Below the pieces are notes generated by a model. It had not been told where the DNA came from. It ran no database searches and worked only from the letters and a program-made list of their open reading frames with translations. The position numbers and the translations under genes were made by a program. Below, piece by piece: positions 39,184 through 49,851 of a DNA stretch of 64,000 nt (position 1 is the first letter of the stretch; each line of letters opens with the position of its first letter). Source of the stretch: a virus (taxonomy: Duplodnaviria > Caudoviricetes); IMG/VR virus record IMGVR_UViG_3300031786_000572, positions 23,621-87,620 of that record. The stretch is one strand, 5' to 3'.

Positions 39184-42100
39184 ATGTTAACACTTCAACA
39201 ACTGCTTGAAAGCGATAGTATATCTACATTTATTGCCAAAGCAAATTTAAACTTTCAGCAAATTGCTGTATCTGGAGGAGGACCTCAAGGTATTCCTGGA
39301 GAACAAGGTATTCCCGGACTACCTGGTAGACAAGGACCAATAGGTCCTACTGGAGTAATGGGTCCTACAGGTTCTGTTGTAGGAATCATACCTTTTGCAA
39401 GCCAGACAGGTGGTAGTACCGGTCCTACTGGAGTTGCTGGCCCCTGGAATACATATTCATACGAATATCTTAATAACATTGTAGGAACAGGAACAAATCA
39501 AGCTGGTCATATTTGGATTGATCATTTTAATGATGGTTTCTGGCGTTATAACGTTAATATTGATGGTCCAACGCCATACACAGACAGTCCATATACAAAT
39601 CCATTCCCAGGAACTACACCACCAGATGGTACAGGTTATTTTTCTGGAGACGGCTGGTACTTTTATCCGTTAAAAAACACAGGTGGTGGAAATGCTGGCG
39701 ATGTTTGGATTAATGATATTTCTACATATCAAACAGCGCCACCGTTTGGAACAGGACCTTTTAATACTCCGTCTCCTCTTACAGTTAAAAATGCTCGTCT
39801 TTTAAGTAAATATGGAACAGTTTGGATATCGTCAGGTAATGGAGTAGATCTTGCTGGTAATGTTGATGAAAGCAATTTAACTACACCAAATCTATATGAA
39901 TGGGGTGTAAACACTGTAGGACCTGGTTTACCTTCGCAACCTGCAAGATATAACTCGGGTATTGATCGTTTATACTTTAAGCAAAGTATTGACACTTTAC
40001 CATACCGTTCAAATATTAATGTAAGAAGTTATACTGAGCCTACCAATGCGCCAGGCGGTGATCCAGGTGACGATCAATCAACATATCCTAATAACGGTGG
40101 TACAATAGAAGGTGCACCATTTTGGGTTAAGCCTTTATATAATCCTTCTTTGGATTATTTTTCACCTATTCAATTTTATACTGAACGTAAAGAAGATTAT
40201 AATTTATACCCGCCTGGGTTAGAATATGGTTCTTTAGGTTTATACGCATATACTTCTTCAGAGTCTGGTATAAACGTTGGTAATTACGAATATAGAAAAT
40301 CATTGTGGGTATATTCAACAAGAACCGCTATTACTCCTAACGAAAATAATCCTGCTACTCCTATTACCGATGCAGATACATTTAATATTGGTGAAATGTT
40401 ATTTGATGTTAGAAAATTATCTGCGTCAAATCAATTCGTATGTTCTCTACCACAAGATTTATACTTGTCTGCAGATTCTGTAGATGGAGCTTTTTATATA
40501 GAAGGTGGTAGTAATTTAGGTTATACTGTAACTCAAGGTTATGTTAGTGCAATAAACGGTAAAAATTTAGCAGGTGCTGACATTACTGACGCATTAAGAA
40601 ATTTTAATTATGGAGGTTTAACAGGAACTGATGGTAATAAAACAAGATCTTCATGGTATGGTTCTGCTGCTATGGCTGAACCAAATAACTGGGAAGCTTT
40701 TGATTCTGGTGATGGAGGTAACACAGGAGATACTCATATTGCTGATAGAATGTACCGTTTTGCAGGTATGCGTGAAAGAGCTAAAAAATCTTACGATGGT
40801 TCTAACACGTTCTTCTTAAATGAATTAACTTTCTATACATCACAGTTTTCTTTAACAGGTACAAATGTAAATGCATCGATTGATGAAGTTGATATAAAAC
40901 TTAATGAGCATAACAGTATGCCTGGTTTCTATCTTTCACCATTTAGAAACTTTGGTATCGGAACATTTACTGGTGATGATACTGGTGTATTTGAGCCGGT
41001 TGCTCGTTTACACATACATGCATTTGTTAGAGGTACACAATATGACGGTGGTGATATAAAAGGTACTGTTATACAAAGAAATCTTACAAGTCCGTGGGTT
41101 TCTAAGTATACTCCAACACCTTGGGCGGATTATCCTGCTAACTTTTATAAAGGTGGAGCAATTACAAATGAAGATACTGAAGCTGATGGATCGTTCCTTG
41201 ATTTTTATTTAGGACATGTTAATCCAGAACTTAATGAATATTCAAATGCATTAGGTTCTATTGGAGTTCCTAACACACGTCCAACAAAAATCTTAGATGC
41301 CGCTATTCGTAGAGAAGCTTGGAATAATCCGTACGGACAAGCTGCAATCATGCGTTTTGGTGTATCTCCATCATCACATGATACAAATGGTCCTGACTAT
41401 AATTTAGGACAAGATGCACCAGCCGCAAAATACCAATTTCAAATTGCATTATCACCTCTTAATGCGGCAAATCCATCCGGAGATTGGGATGATCGTAAAC
41501 CTGTAGGTGTAGGTATTCAAAACCTATATCCAAGAACACGTTTCCACTTGTTTGGTAAAAATTTACAAAACGAACAATTACCAGGAAATGAAGAACCGTT
41601 TACACCAGGTGGTGCTGCGGCTGCAGGAACAACTGCAGCTAACGGTTATTATCCGTGGGCAAACTATTCAACAGGCCAAGTAATCATTGATAAAATACAA
41701 TCTTCGTGGACATACAATGCAGGATGGAAAGATTATCCTTATGAAGCTTACGGAATCGTAGGTTTAACCGGAGCAACGGGTTCTAGCCCTGCAACTGGAA
41801 CTAGTGGATCACCAAATGCTGCTAACTTCCCAATCTGGGAAAGATCAAACCCTACACGTAACGTAATTCCTTGGCAAGCACAAACTCGAAATTACGCTGC
41901 ATTTTCTCCAACAGGATCTGCTGGCGGAAATGCTATAGTTTACATGCACGGTGAACAATACCAAAACTTATTTGACGCAAAATCATACATTGGATTTAAC
42001 TTGTTTAGAGACTTACTTAATGTAGGTGATGATCGTGATGATACACGTTGGATGTTAGGAACTCAAGGTGATAACGGTGGTTCTGCTATTATTTCTTCGG

Positions 42101-45100
42101 GCGCTGGTGATATGGCATTTGTTAACATATCTACAGGAAGAGACGGTGGATTAAATTATAGACCTTGGGAACAAAAAGGTTTAAGTACTCGTGATGTTAT
42201 AAATAACATTTCACTTGTCTTAACAGGCAAAGGTGATATGGGTCTTGGATCTCAACCAGGATTTGATTTTAATGCATTCCCATCACGAGAAAGAATATCA
42301 TATGGTTATGTAAATTATGTACCTGCAACAGGTGACGCTAGAATTAATGGAAGCACTGTATATGGCGGTGTTATGGGAACTGGCACAGGAACTAATAAAC
42401 CATACGGTCTTGTTAATTATAGTGGATTAACTTCATTATATCCTGAAACTTTTACTACGAGTAATGCTGCAAAAATTAATGCAAATACTACAGAAGGAGA
42501 ATACATAAGATTTGAATTAGGCGCCGAGAAATTCTACGGTAAAAATAGTCGTTCATCACTTAACGCTGGTTACGGTTATCCACCTAACATGGATTTAACA
42601 ATAACAGGATCCGCTGTAGAAAATTACATTTTAATTAATCCAACATATCCTGGTACGCTTGGACAATTAACTCTTGCTACTGATGAAGAAGGTAGAATTT
42701 GGTATGTAACTATTGGAAATGGAAGCGGGGGTACAATTCCTTTCATAGATCCAATTCCGTTTATACTTGGTATTACATTACCTCACCCAGCAGAATTTAG
42801 TGTTGGCGGACCGTTAAGTGCATTAGCACCATTTGGGTGGGAAGTGCCTTCTGGTGCTTGCGCTGGTATTATGAATAACCCAATTTATTGGACTCCTGAT
42901 ACTAGCTTAACAGGTTCATGGGGATTACCTAACACAAACTTCCAAGAAGATTTTATTGGTGTAGCAAACATGCGTTTAAATAACTTTGTTGCTGGTGAAG
43001 GTATGAGCCCTGCTACTGGAGCAAAAGCACAAAACCAAATTGTACAACGAGTTAAGGAAGCTAGACAAAGATCACCTAAATTAATATTTTCATTCCTTGA
43101 AGGCGATAACACAACAATACCGGGTTCTAAAGCAACAAATACTAGTGAAACTATTGGAACTAATCGTCCTGTTAGTGGAACTGCTGCATACAGAAAAGTT
43201 AACACTGTAATTGCTTCTGCTCAAAATGAGTCTGCACTTAGAGAATATTGGATTCCTAAATCCGATAACACTGGTGGTACATTCATGGTTTGGACAGATC
43301 ATTATGCACAGAAAGAATATCAATCTGGGTTTGACGAAAATACAGTAGCAACATCAAGATTTTATCTTGAAGAGGTAGTTGCATTAGAGTTTGTACCAAG
43401 CTATACTGGTGTTACTGCAGGTAACCAATACATTACTACAGACGTTACTACAAATACTATTGGTAGATCTGATATTGATTATCCTTTACATGTTAAGTAC
43501 TATAACTCTTTAATGGGTACACCTAAATATGGTTTAACGGGTGCAACACAAAATGCTTTCACACCAACTCAATGGGGTAGAAAAGTTAATCCATTTGGTC
43601 AACCTGTAGTTAATCAATTTACATATGAAGATACGTCTGCTGGATCTATAAGTTTAGTTGGAACAGACAATTCGGTAAATAGAATAATGACTGCCCCAGT
43701 CACGGTAAATACGAGTCCAGGTGGAGGCGTTACAATTATGACTCTACCAAGTATTACTACAAGTGGTAAAAAAGTTTTCTTAGCCGCTTCTGGTGTAGTA
43801 TATGAATCTGGCGCAGCGTCCACTGCTATACAATTTTTTAGAAATGGTCTTGCAATTGGCGGAAAAACATACATTGATCCAGGAGATGGCCGCAATAATC
43901 CGTGGGCAATACAATTATTGGATAATCCACCAGCTGGAGTTCATACATATACATTAAGAGGTGTTACCCCACGTGGAGGAACAATGATTTTTGGTGATAG
44001 CGGAAATGGACTGTGGCCAACTATGACAGCTATAGAAGTTGGGGCTGGATCTATAACACAATCAGGTGGAGGTTCTGTAATTTCCGCAACAGGAACAATG
44101 AGTGGAACAGGCGCTACTGGTCTTGCTCTATTACGTAATGTTGATAAGTACTATAATCTTGTTCAAAATGGAACTAACTGGGATAATGGATGGAATGCAC
44201 CTGATGTTATTACAAATGATACTTCACAGTTTAGATTTAAACGTATAAATTCTGATTTTGCTTTAATTGATTTTAACATGACAGTTGAAGTTAAAAATCC
44301 AGATCTGCAAGGTAATGGATGGACTAATCCATCTACTGGTGCTACCAATCTTATTGATAATGGTTCACCAAGATGGACGCAATACTTAAGATTTGCTTAC
44401 TTGCCAAGTAGATATTCTGGAAGCAATGATAGAGATTACTTTATGAAATTATTTGGTAATTCATTATCATTCATGAACTGGTCATCTTTTAATCAATGGT
44501 ACCCAGGTTCAGCTGTAACCAGCGATCCATACACTGTTGGTTTTACACCTGGTGATGCTTTATCAAATACAGGTGGTCCTAATTACACAATGGGATCTTA
44601 TTATGACCCAGTGCATGGACAGACTATAGGTTGGAATGGAAACTTCTATGATGCAACTATGAGTACTCCAATTAATCATGCGTCTGGAGATTTTACACGT
44701 GGTCAAATATTTGATAATCCAGGTTCAGTTAATAATACATACCCTCGTAGTGGAATTTCTCCTTTCTACGGAAATTCTTTTGTGAATGGTAATATATCTA
44801 AAATGTTAATCTGGAACGATCCGACTGATTTTGCTGAAGCTAAAGCATACAGATTTGGTTCTTACATGGGTAAAGCGTATTCTATCTTAGGAAATGATTA
44901 TCTTTCTAGAGTACGTAATTGTTCATGGAGAGTAGTTCCAAGAATTGGAAATGAATACGGAGATGGCGTTGGTACAACTGAACCAACAACAGTTAAAAAT
45001 AATTCATTTACATTAGAAGTAATGTTTGATAAACCGATCTTACATATTGATACTCCTTTTGCTAAAACTAATTTTAGTTCAACGGTGGATGGTAACCCAT

Positions 45101-45759
45101 GTTATCCATATCAATACTTAACTGTGAGTGGCCAAGCAATAGTTAGATATAGTGATGCAACTAATACCGTATTTGATGGTCCTACTGAAGTTATTCTTAA
45201 TGACGATATTGACGGTGGTCCTGGTGGACTATATGCACTTAATGATCCACTAGATGGTGGGTGGGTAGCATACATATTACAACCAGGTGACCCAGGATAT
45301 GACCCATTAAACCAACATGGTCTTATAGTTTTACCTAATACTTTAAATCCTATTGGTGGAATTTCGTCAAATTGGTCAGCAACAACATCTAGTGTAACTA
45401 CCAGTACTGCTTTTGGGAGTGGTCAGTCCAACACCAATAACATAATAGCACAATTTCCTTATATTGGTCTAAACCCACAATCAGCAGCAGCAATATCAAA
45501 TAATAATGTCGTCTTCCCACCAACTGGTGGTTATTTACCATCTAGAAATGAATTAGATAAAATACTTACAAATGGCAACAATGGTCTTATTCCTTCATTC
45601 CCAGAGAATTGGACTGGTGACTGGTGGTCATCATCATCAAATGATAATGCTAATGCATGGATAGTAAGTGTAGATCCGTTAGGTGTAAGCATAGGTACCC
45701 TTTCAAAAACGGCTGGGCTTAGTAATCAGGTTAGAGTTATGTCAATAAAATCATTCTAA
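39184..45759 (+). CDS. Giant tail fibre/receptor-binding-like protein with collagen segment and C-terminal C-type-lectin-like (DUF1566/Lcl-type) domain
   Basis: N-terminal 'KANLNF' anchor and 11 Gly-X-Y triplets; the protein is Gly/Thr/Asn-rich. The C-terminus reads 'GGWVAYILQPGDPGYD...HGLI...GSGQSNTNNII...YLPSRNELDKI...WWSSSSNDNANAW...VRVMSIKSF'. Confidence 0.7.
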   Translation: MLTLQQLLESDSISTFIAKANLNFQQIAVSGGGPQGIPGEQGIPGLPGRQGPIGPTGVMGPTGSVVGIIPFASQTGGSTGPTGVAGPWNTYSYEYLNNIVGTGTNQAGHIWIDHFNDGFWRYNVNIDGPTPYTDSPYTNPFPGTTPPDGTGYFSGDGWYFYPLKNTGGGNAGDVWINDISTYQTAPPFGTGPFNTPSPLTVKNARLLSKYGTVWISSGNGVDLAGNVDESNLTTPNLYEWGVNTVGPGLPSQPARYNSGIDRLYFKQSIDTLPYRSNINVRSYTEPTNAPGGDPGDDQSTYPNNGGTIEGAPFWVKPLYNPSLDYFSPIQFYTERKEDYNLYPPGLEYGSLGLYAYTSSESGINVGNYEYRKSLWVYSTRTAITPNENNPATPITDADTFNIGEMLFDVRKLSASNQFVCSLPQDLYLSADSVDGAFYIEGGSNLGYTVTQGYVSAINGKNLAGADITDALRNFNYGGLTGTDGNKTRSSWYGSAAMAEPNNWEAFDSGDGGNTGDTHIADRMYRFAGMRERAKKSYDGSNTFFLNELTFYTSQFSLTGTNVNASIDEVDIKLNEHNSMPGFYLSPFRNFGIGTFTGDDTGVFEPVARLHIHAFVRGTQYDGGDIKGTVIQRNLTSPWVSKYTPTPWADYPANFYKGGAITNEDTEADGSFLDFYLGHVNPELNEYSNALGSIGVPNTRPTKILDAAIRREAWNNPYGQAAIMRFGVSPSSHDTNGPDYNLGQDAPAAKYQFQIALSPLNAANPSGDWDDRKPVGVGIQNLYPRTRFHLFGKNLQNEQLPGNEEPFTPGGAAAAGTTAANGYYPWANYSTGQVIIDKIQSSWTYNAGWKDYPYEAYGIVGLTGATGSSPATGTSGSPNAANFPIWERSNPTRNVIPWQAQTRNYAAFSPTGSAGGNAIVYMHGEQYQNLFDAKSYIGFNLFRDLLNVGDDRDDTRWMLGTQGDNGGSAIISSGAGDMAFVNISTGRDGGLNYRPWEQKGLSTRDVINNISLVLTGKGDMGLGSQPGFDFNAFPSRERISYGYVNYVPATGDARINGSTVYGGVMGTGTGTNKPYGLVNYSGLTSLYPETFTTSNAAKINANTTEGEYIRFELGAEKFYGKNSRSSLNAGYGYPPNMDLTITGSAVENYILINPTYPGTLGQLTLATDEEGRIWYVTIGNGSGGTIPFIDPIPFILGITLPHPAEFSVGGPLSALAPFGWEVPSGACAGIMNNPIYWTPDTSLTGSWGLPNTNFQEDFIGVANMRLNNFVAGEGMSPATGAKAQNQIVQRVKEARQRSPKLIFSFLEGDNTTIPGSKATNTSETIGTNRPVSGTAAYRKVNTVIASAQNESALREYWIPKSDNTGGTFMVWTDHYAQKEYQSGFDENTVATSRFYLEEVVALEFVPSYTGVTAGNQYITTDVTTNTIGRSDIDYPLHVKYYNSLMGTPKYGLTGATQNAFTPTQWGRKVNPFGQPVVNQFTYEDTSAGSISLVGTDNSVNRIMTAPVTVNTSPGGGVTIMTLPSITTSGKKVFLAASGVVYESGAASTAIQFFRNGLAIGGKTYIDPGDGRNNPWAIQLLDNPPAGVHTYTLRGVTPRGGTMIFGDSGNGLWPTMTAIEVGAGSITQSGGGSVISATGTMSGTGATGLALLRNVDKYYNLVQNGTNWDNGWNAPDVITNDTSQFRFKRINSDFALIDFNMTVEVKNPDLQGNGWTNPSTGATNLIDNGSPRWTQYLRFAYLPSRYSGSNDRDYFMKLFGNSLSFMNWSSFNQWYPGSAVTSDPYTVGFTPGDALSNTGGPNYTMGSYYDPVHGQTIGWNGNFYDATMSTPINHASGDFTRGQIFDNPGSVNNTYPRSGISPFYGNSFVNGNISKMLIWNDPTDFAEAKAYRFGSYMGKAYSILGNDYLSRVRNCSWRVVPRIGNEYGDGVGTTEPTTVKNNSFTLEVMFDKPILHIDTPFAKTNFSSTVDGNPCYPYQYLTVSGQAIVRYSDATNTVFDGPTEVILNDDIDGGPGGLYALNDPLDGGWVAYILQPGDPGYDPLNQHGLIVLPNTLNPIGGISSNWSATTSSVTTSTAFGSGQSNTNNIIAQFPYIGLNPQSAAAISNNNVVFPPTGGYLPSRNELDKILTNGNNGLIPSFPENWTGDWWSSSSNDNANAWIVSVDPLGVSIGTLSKTAGLSNQVRVMSIKSF
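39280..39378 (+). repeat. Collagen-like (Gly-X-Y)11 repeat
   Basis: GPQ GIP GEQ GIP GLP GRQ GPI GPT GVM GPT GSV. Confidence 0.9.
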
Positions 45760-45774
45760 TAAAAGAAAACATAA

Positions 45775-46830
45775 ATGGCAAACATATATTCAACAGAAAC
45801 AGTTTACTTGTATACCACTGTAAGTGGTGGTTTACAACCATATGATCAATGTGCAAGGTGGTCTGGCGGATGGACTGCAAGCAATGGAACAACTGGCATA
45901 CTTCAAGTAGGACCACCTGGGCCTGGCTTGCCTTATATAGATTCTACTAACACGCCATGTCTTTCTCCCGGTACAAGCGGTGGTTCTTTAACTGGAACTC
46001 TTATGCCTAACGGATTCACTGGAAGTATAAGTGTTTGGGTAGATGTTGCTGACAGTTCTGGGGTTTTTAAAGAATCTAATACCAAGACATATACAGTAGA
46101 AACGGTAGGGGCATTAATAGTTAATGCAGGACCGGACCGTGCAATTAATGGTGTAGGTCCAAACTATTTAACTATCACAGGTGCAGGTGTAACTGGAGGA
46201 GTTCCTCCGTACACATATTTGTGGACACAATCTTACCCAAGTGGTAGTGTTCCACCGGGCGATCCAGTTAATCCTGAACGAACATATTTTACGCCAGGGC
46301 CAGCGCCGTTATATCAAACTTCTACCGCATTACTTCCAGACATGGAAGAGTTTAATTCTAACGGTACATACAACTTTAAATTAACAGTGACAGATAACTC
46401 CGGTCAAACTGGAACAGATAGTATGCAAGTTACAGTAACAGGTGCAACACCTCCTGTAGTTGCGCCGACTGCCGCAAGCATAGTTTGGGAGACTACGCTG
46501 TTTGATCCTGGCGATGTTTCTTTATCCTTTACTATTAGAAAAAACGGAGTAAACCAAGTTACATCAGGTATTACAAATAGTGGTTCATTATCAGGTTGGG
46601 TTGCTGGGCAAAATATTTCTGGAAGCGCTGGAGCTATTGATTTAGATGGCGGTAATAACGTAAGTGCATTTTGGCAAATTACTAAACAATCACGTACAGC
46701 TCCGTATGCGTCAACAATAATTGCATCATATCAGGATTGCGACAGTAGTGCTGCATCTGTATCCTCAATAAACTTTCCATATGATCCTGCATTCCAATAT
46801 AGAATAGAAGGTTCGTCTGGGTTTTGTTAA
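45775..46830 (+). CDS. PKD/Ig-like domain protein (probable virion surface protein)
   Basis: 'VNAGPDRAI...YTYLWTQ...GTYNFKLTVTDNSGQTGTDSMQVTV' is a PKD-like pattern. Confidence 0.7.
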   Translation: MANIYSTETVYLYTTVSGGLQPYDQCARWSGGWTASNGTTGILQVGPPGPGLPYIDSTNTPCLSPGTSGGSLTGTLMPNGFTGSISVWVDVADSSGVFKESNTKTYTVETVGALIVNAGPDRAINGVGPNYLTITGAGVTGGVPPYTYLWTQSYPSGSVPPGDPVNPERTYFTPGPAPLYQTSTALLPDMEEFNSNGTYNFKLTVTDNSGQTGTDSMQVTVTGATPPVVAPTAASIVWETTLFDPGDVSLSFTIRKNGVNQVTSGITNSGSLSGWVAGQNISGSAGAIDLDGGNNVSAFWQITKQSRTAPYASTIIASYQDCDSSAASVSSINFPYDPAFQYRIEGSSGFC

Positions 46831-46848
46831 AAATAAAAATAATTACTA

Positions 46849-47625
46849 ATGAATAAAAGAAACCTTTATGTAATAGGACTTATTGCTATTTTGATAGCAA
46901 TCCTATGTGTACAGCAATGTTCAATGTCTAATTTAAAGACAGACCTTGCAATGAAAGAAGTGAATATGAACGCTCTTAAAGACACGATTGAAGAGACTAA
47001 GAATGACTTAGGTCAAGCACAGTTTGAAAAAAGTGTTCTTATTAGTAGTGAGGCTGGATTAAAAGAACTTAATCAAGAAATTGCTGATGAAGTAAAAGCA
47101 CAAGCTGGAAAGGTTGCGTATCTTGCAAAAATTGTCTCAGGAATTACTACAGATCATGGCGGGCCACAAAATATAAATGCGCAAGCTCTTAATCCAAATT
47201 CAAATCCTTGTGATACTATTGCTTCCTTTGACTTACCTTGGAATAGTGATAAAGAATACGATATAAATAACTCGAGAAAACTAAATGGAGTTGCTTCTTT
47301 TACTATGAATAAAGGAGTAATCACCAAAGCTACTAACGAAATTAAACAAGACGAGATTAAATATGATATCATAACAGGTCTTGAAAAGAAAGATGACCAC
47401 TATGAAATCTTTATTCGTTCAAATTATCCGGGTTTTAAACCATCAAAAATAGACGGAGCATTTATTCCTCAAAAAGATTTATTCCCTCCACAAGCAAAAC
47501 AAAAATGGAGCATAGGACCATCTTTTAGCGGTGGGCTTGGTGCTTGTTTTACGCCAACTGGAATGCAACCTGCAATTTTTGTAGGAGTAGGTTTAGGAAT
47601 TAATTACAAATTCTTTGGATTCTAA
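46849..47625 (+). CDS. Membrane-anchored coiled-coil protein; spanin-like candidate
   Basis: N-terminal TM helix (YVIGLIAILIAILCV), coiled coil, and a C-terminal amphipathic beta pattern ending 'VGLGINYKFFGF'. Confidence 0.45.
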   Translation: MNKRNLYVIGLIAILIAILCVQQCSMSNLKTDLAMKEVNMNALKDTIEETKNDLGQAQFEKSVLISSEAGLKELNQEIADEVKAQAGKVAYLAKIVSGITTDHGGPQNINAQALNPNSNPCDTIASFDLPWNSDKEYDINNSRKLNGVASFTMNKGVITKATNEIKQDEIKYDIITGLEKKDDHYEIFIRSNYPGFKPSKIDGAFIPQKDLFPPQAKQKWSIGPSFSGGLGACFTPTGMQPAIFVGVGLGINYKFFGF

Positions 47626-47640
47626 AATATAACATTACTA

Positions 47641-49848
47641 ATGCCTGGAACATCAACATACATACAGTTATCTAACTTTGCTTTAATTGAGTATACATAC
47701 TCAAGTGAAACGATACCTACTACTTCAGCAAGAACCTTAAAACTGAATAACAACTATTTAGATGAGTATCAGTTCTTAAACGGTTCTACGGCTGTAAATA
47801 TTACAGGTAACGTTCTTGACCGTAGCGCCAGCTTAATAGGTGTAGATTCAAACACTTGGGGGTATCAGTCAATGCAATCACCTGTGCCAATCATTCAGAT
47901 TGACAGCAACTTTACATTAACCGATGTTACCTCGCTTTTACTTGTTAACCAAAAATATGATACTGTAAAAGTTCACCTTGCCGCGGGTTATGATTTCTCT
48001 GGTTTAGACGGATTCATTACAGAAATTCAGTGGGAAGAATGGACGCCAGAAGGAACAGGTGGTAAACGTTTTACAGCGGCAGCTCAAGTTTATCTTAAGA
48101 GTCAAAACACAATTAATTATAGCACAACACCGTTATTCTTAGGAGATCGTTTCTTTGACCGTTATGTTGAATTTAAAGTTCCGTCTCTTGCTGAAGTTAA
48201 TGGTGACTTTTGGAATAGCCCAACCGCAAGTAATACTTTTGGATATCAGTATACACATAACAATGTAGGTTTTTCTCAAACATCTCAAATTTATGCAAAC
48301 ATTTATGAGATTACTTCAACTACAGTAACCAATGATAATAGTTACTTTCAAGTTGGGAGAAAATATGCATCATCATTTAATCCTGCTGACCAATACTCTT
48401 ATTTAGGATGTACGGTTAGAGAAAATTCAGAATATGATTTCTTTGAATATTACCCAACGTTTAACGGAGGATTCATAGAAGACTATATAACAAATCTTAA
48501 TACTGCACCAGGTGGAGATTGGATTGTAATCAACCAAATTAATATTTATGAACAAGCTGGTACACAAATGTTACGTACATCAAGTAATACTCTTTTACAA
48601 GACGATAATTTTGGCGAGCCAGCTATCTTCAGACCTGTTATTCGTAATGCCGCTTTTGTTTACTCTTTTACAGTGGAATACATCATGCGATTAATGAATA
48701 AAGTTGATAACACCGAAATTATTCGTAAAGCAACTGTTATTTCGAATGAACCTAAAAAATATGGGTTTTCACTTGATAAAATTAATGTGCTTGAAGGATT
48801 CCGTCCTGTTAAAGTTTATAACAAGATTGAAAAAATTGTTAGTTCAGCTTTATCAAATAGTATTACCGAACAACAAGGTGCTTTTGGTTTTGGTACTCCA
48901 AAAATCATTACACAACAAAACTATGTAAATAACTATTATGATGTAAATTACATTAGCGTAGATTCTACCACAAATGTTGGTGATATTATTGGTCAGACAG
49001 TTTATCCACAAGGCATGAATTACATATTCATTAACAAGTTTGATAATTATGTTAAGTTTAAAGTATTTACTAAAAGTGCTGATAAAAAACAAAATGTAAC
49101 TCTAGATTTTGCTTCTACAGGAATGAGTGCAAAACTATCATTTATTTTTGATGATGATTCTAAAATCTATCTTGACCCTGTAAGTGATCTTGTTGCGGCT
49201 AATCCTGGTGCTGGTGAATTGCTGTTCCGTATTGATGATACTATAAGTACAAAACTACTTAATAGTGCTACTCGTGATTATTTTATCATTAACCAAAATG
49301 AAAAAGGTGATGAGGTATTAATTTATGCGGGTAAGTTTGAATCTCAAGATATGAAAACTAAAATCATGGCAAAGATTAATCAAAACATGATAGACGAATT
49401 AAATAGTACTATTGCAAAACTTAGAAAAGCGCAAGAAACCATTAATCAGCCTGTAGTAAAAACGGTTGCATCAGTTGCTGCAGTAGCCGCACCCACACCC
49501 GCTGTTACATCATCAGCAACGCCAAGTCCGTCTACTGAATTATTGACTAAGAATCAACAGACAGAGGCGCAAATCATTGACCAAGCAACTACATTTGTAA
49601 CAAGTGCAACTAAAGGTGTTGATAATGCAATTAAACAAGCTGCTGCTGATAGCACTAAAGAAATGCCAATAGAAAAAACTTTACAGATTCCTGAAGTACC
49701 AGGTGTTACACCAGGATTAGGTGCTCCTATTACATTAAGAAATCAACCTAAAGTTATTCGACCATTTTCTCCAAGATCTCGTGGTAAATTATACCAAAGA
49801 TTAACTGAAGGAGCTATTAAAGATGTTGCTAATAACGAATCAATCTAA
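47641..49848 (+). CDS. Putative structural protein with Ala/Thr/Pro-rich C-terminal linker
   Basis: 735-aa ORF in the structural block. Confidence 0.55.
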   Translation: MPGTSTYIQLSNFALIEYTYSSETIPTTSARTLKLNNNYLDEYQFLNGSTAVNITGNVLDRSASLIGVDSNTWGYQSMQSPVPIIQIDSNFTLTDVTSLLLVNQKYDTVKVHLAAGYDFSGLDGFITEIQWEEWTPEGTGGKRFTAAAQVYLKSQNTINYSTTPLFLGDRFFDRYVEFKVPSLAEVNGDFWNSPTASNTFGYQYTHNNVGFSQTSQIYANIYEITSTTVTNDNSYFQVGRKYASSFNPADQYSYLGCTVRENSEYDFFEYYPTFNGGFIEDYITNLNTAPGGDWIVINQINIYEQAGTQMLRTSSNTLLQDDNFGEPAIFRPVIRNAAFVYSFTVEYIMRLMNKVDNTEIIRKATVISNEPKKYGFSLDKINVLEGFRPVKVYNKIEKIVSSALSNSITEQQGAFGFGTPKIITQQNYVNNYYDVNYISVDSTTNVGDIIGQTVYPQGMNYIFINKFDNYVKFKVFTKSADKKQNVTLDFASTGMSAKLSFIFDDDSKIYLDPVSDLVAANPGAGELLFRIDDTISTKLLNSATRDYFIINQNEKGDEVLIYAGKFESQDMKTKIMAKINQNMIDELNSTIAKLRKAQETINQPVVKTVASVAAVAAPTPAVTSSATPSPSTELLTKNQQTEAQIIDQATTFVTSATKGVDNAIKQAAADSTKEMPIEKTLQIPEVPGVTPGLGAPITLRNQPKVIRPFSPRSRGKLYQRLTEGAIKDVANNESI

Positions 49849-49851
49849 CAT

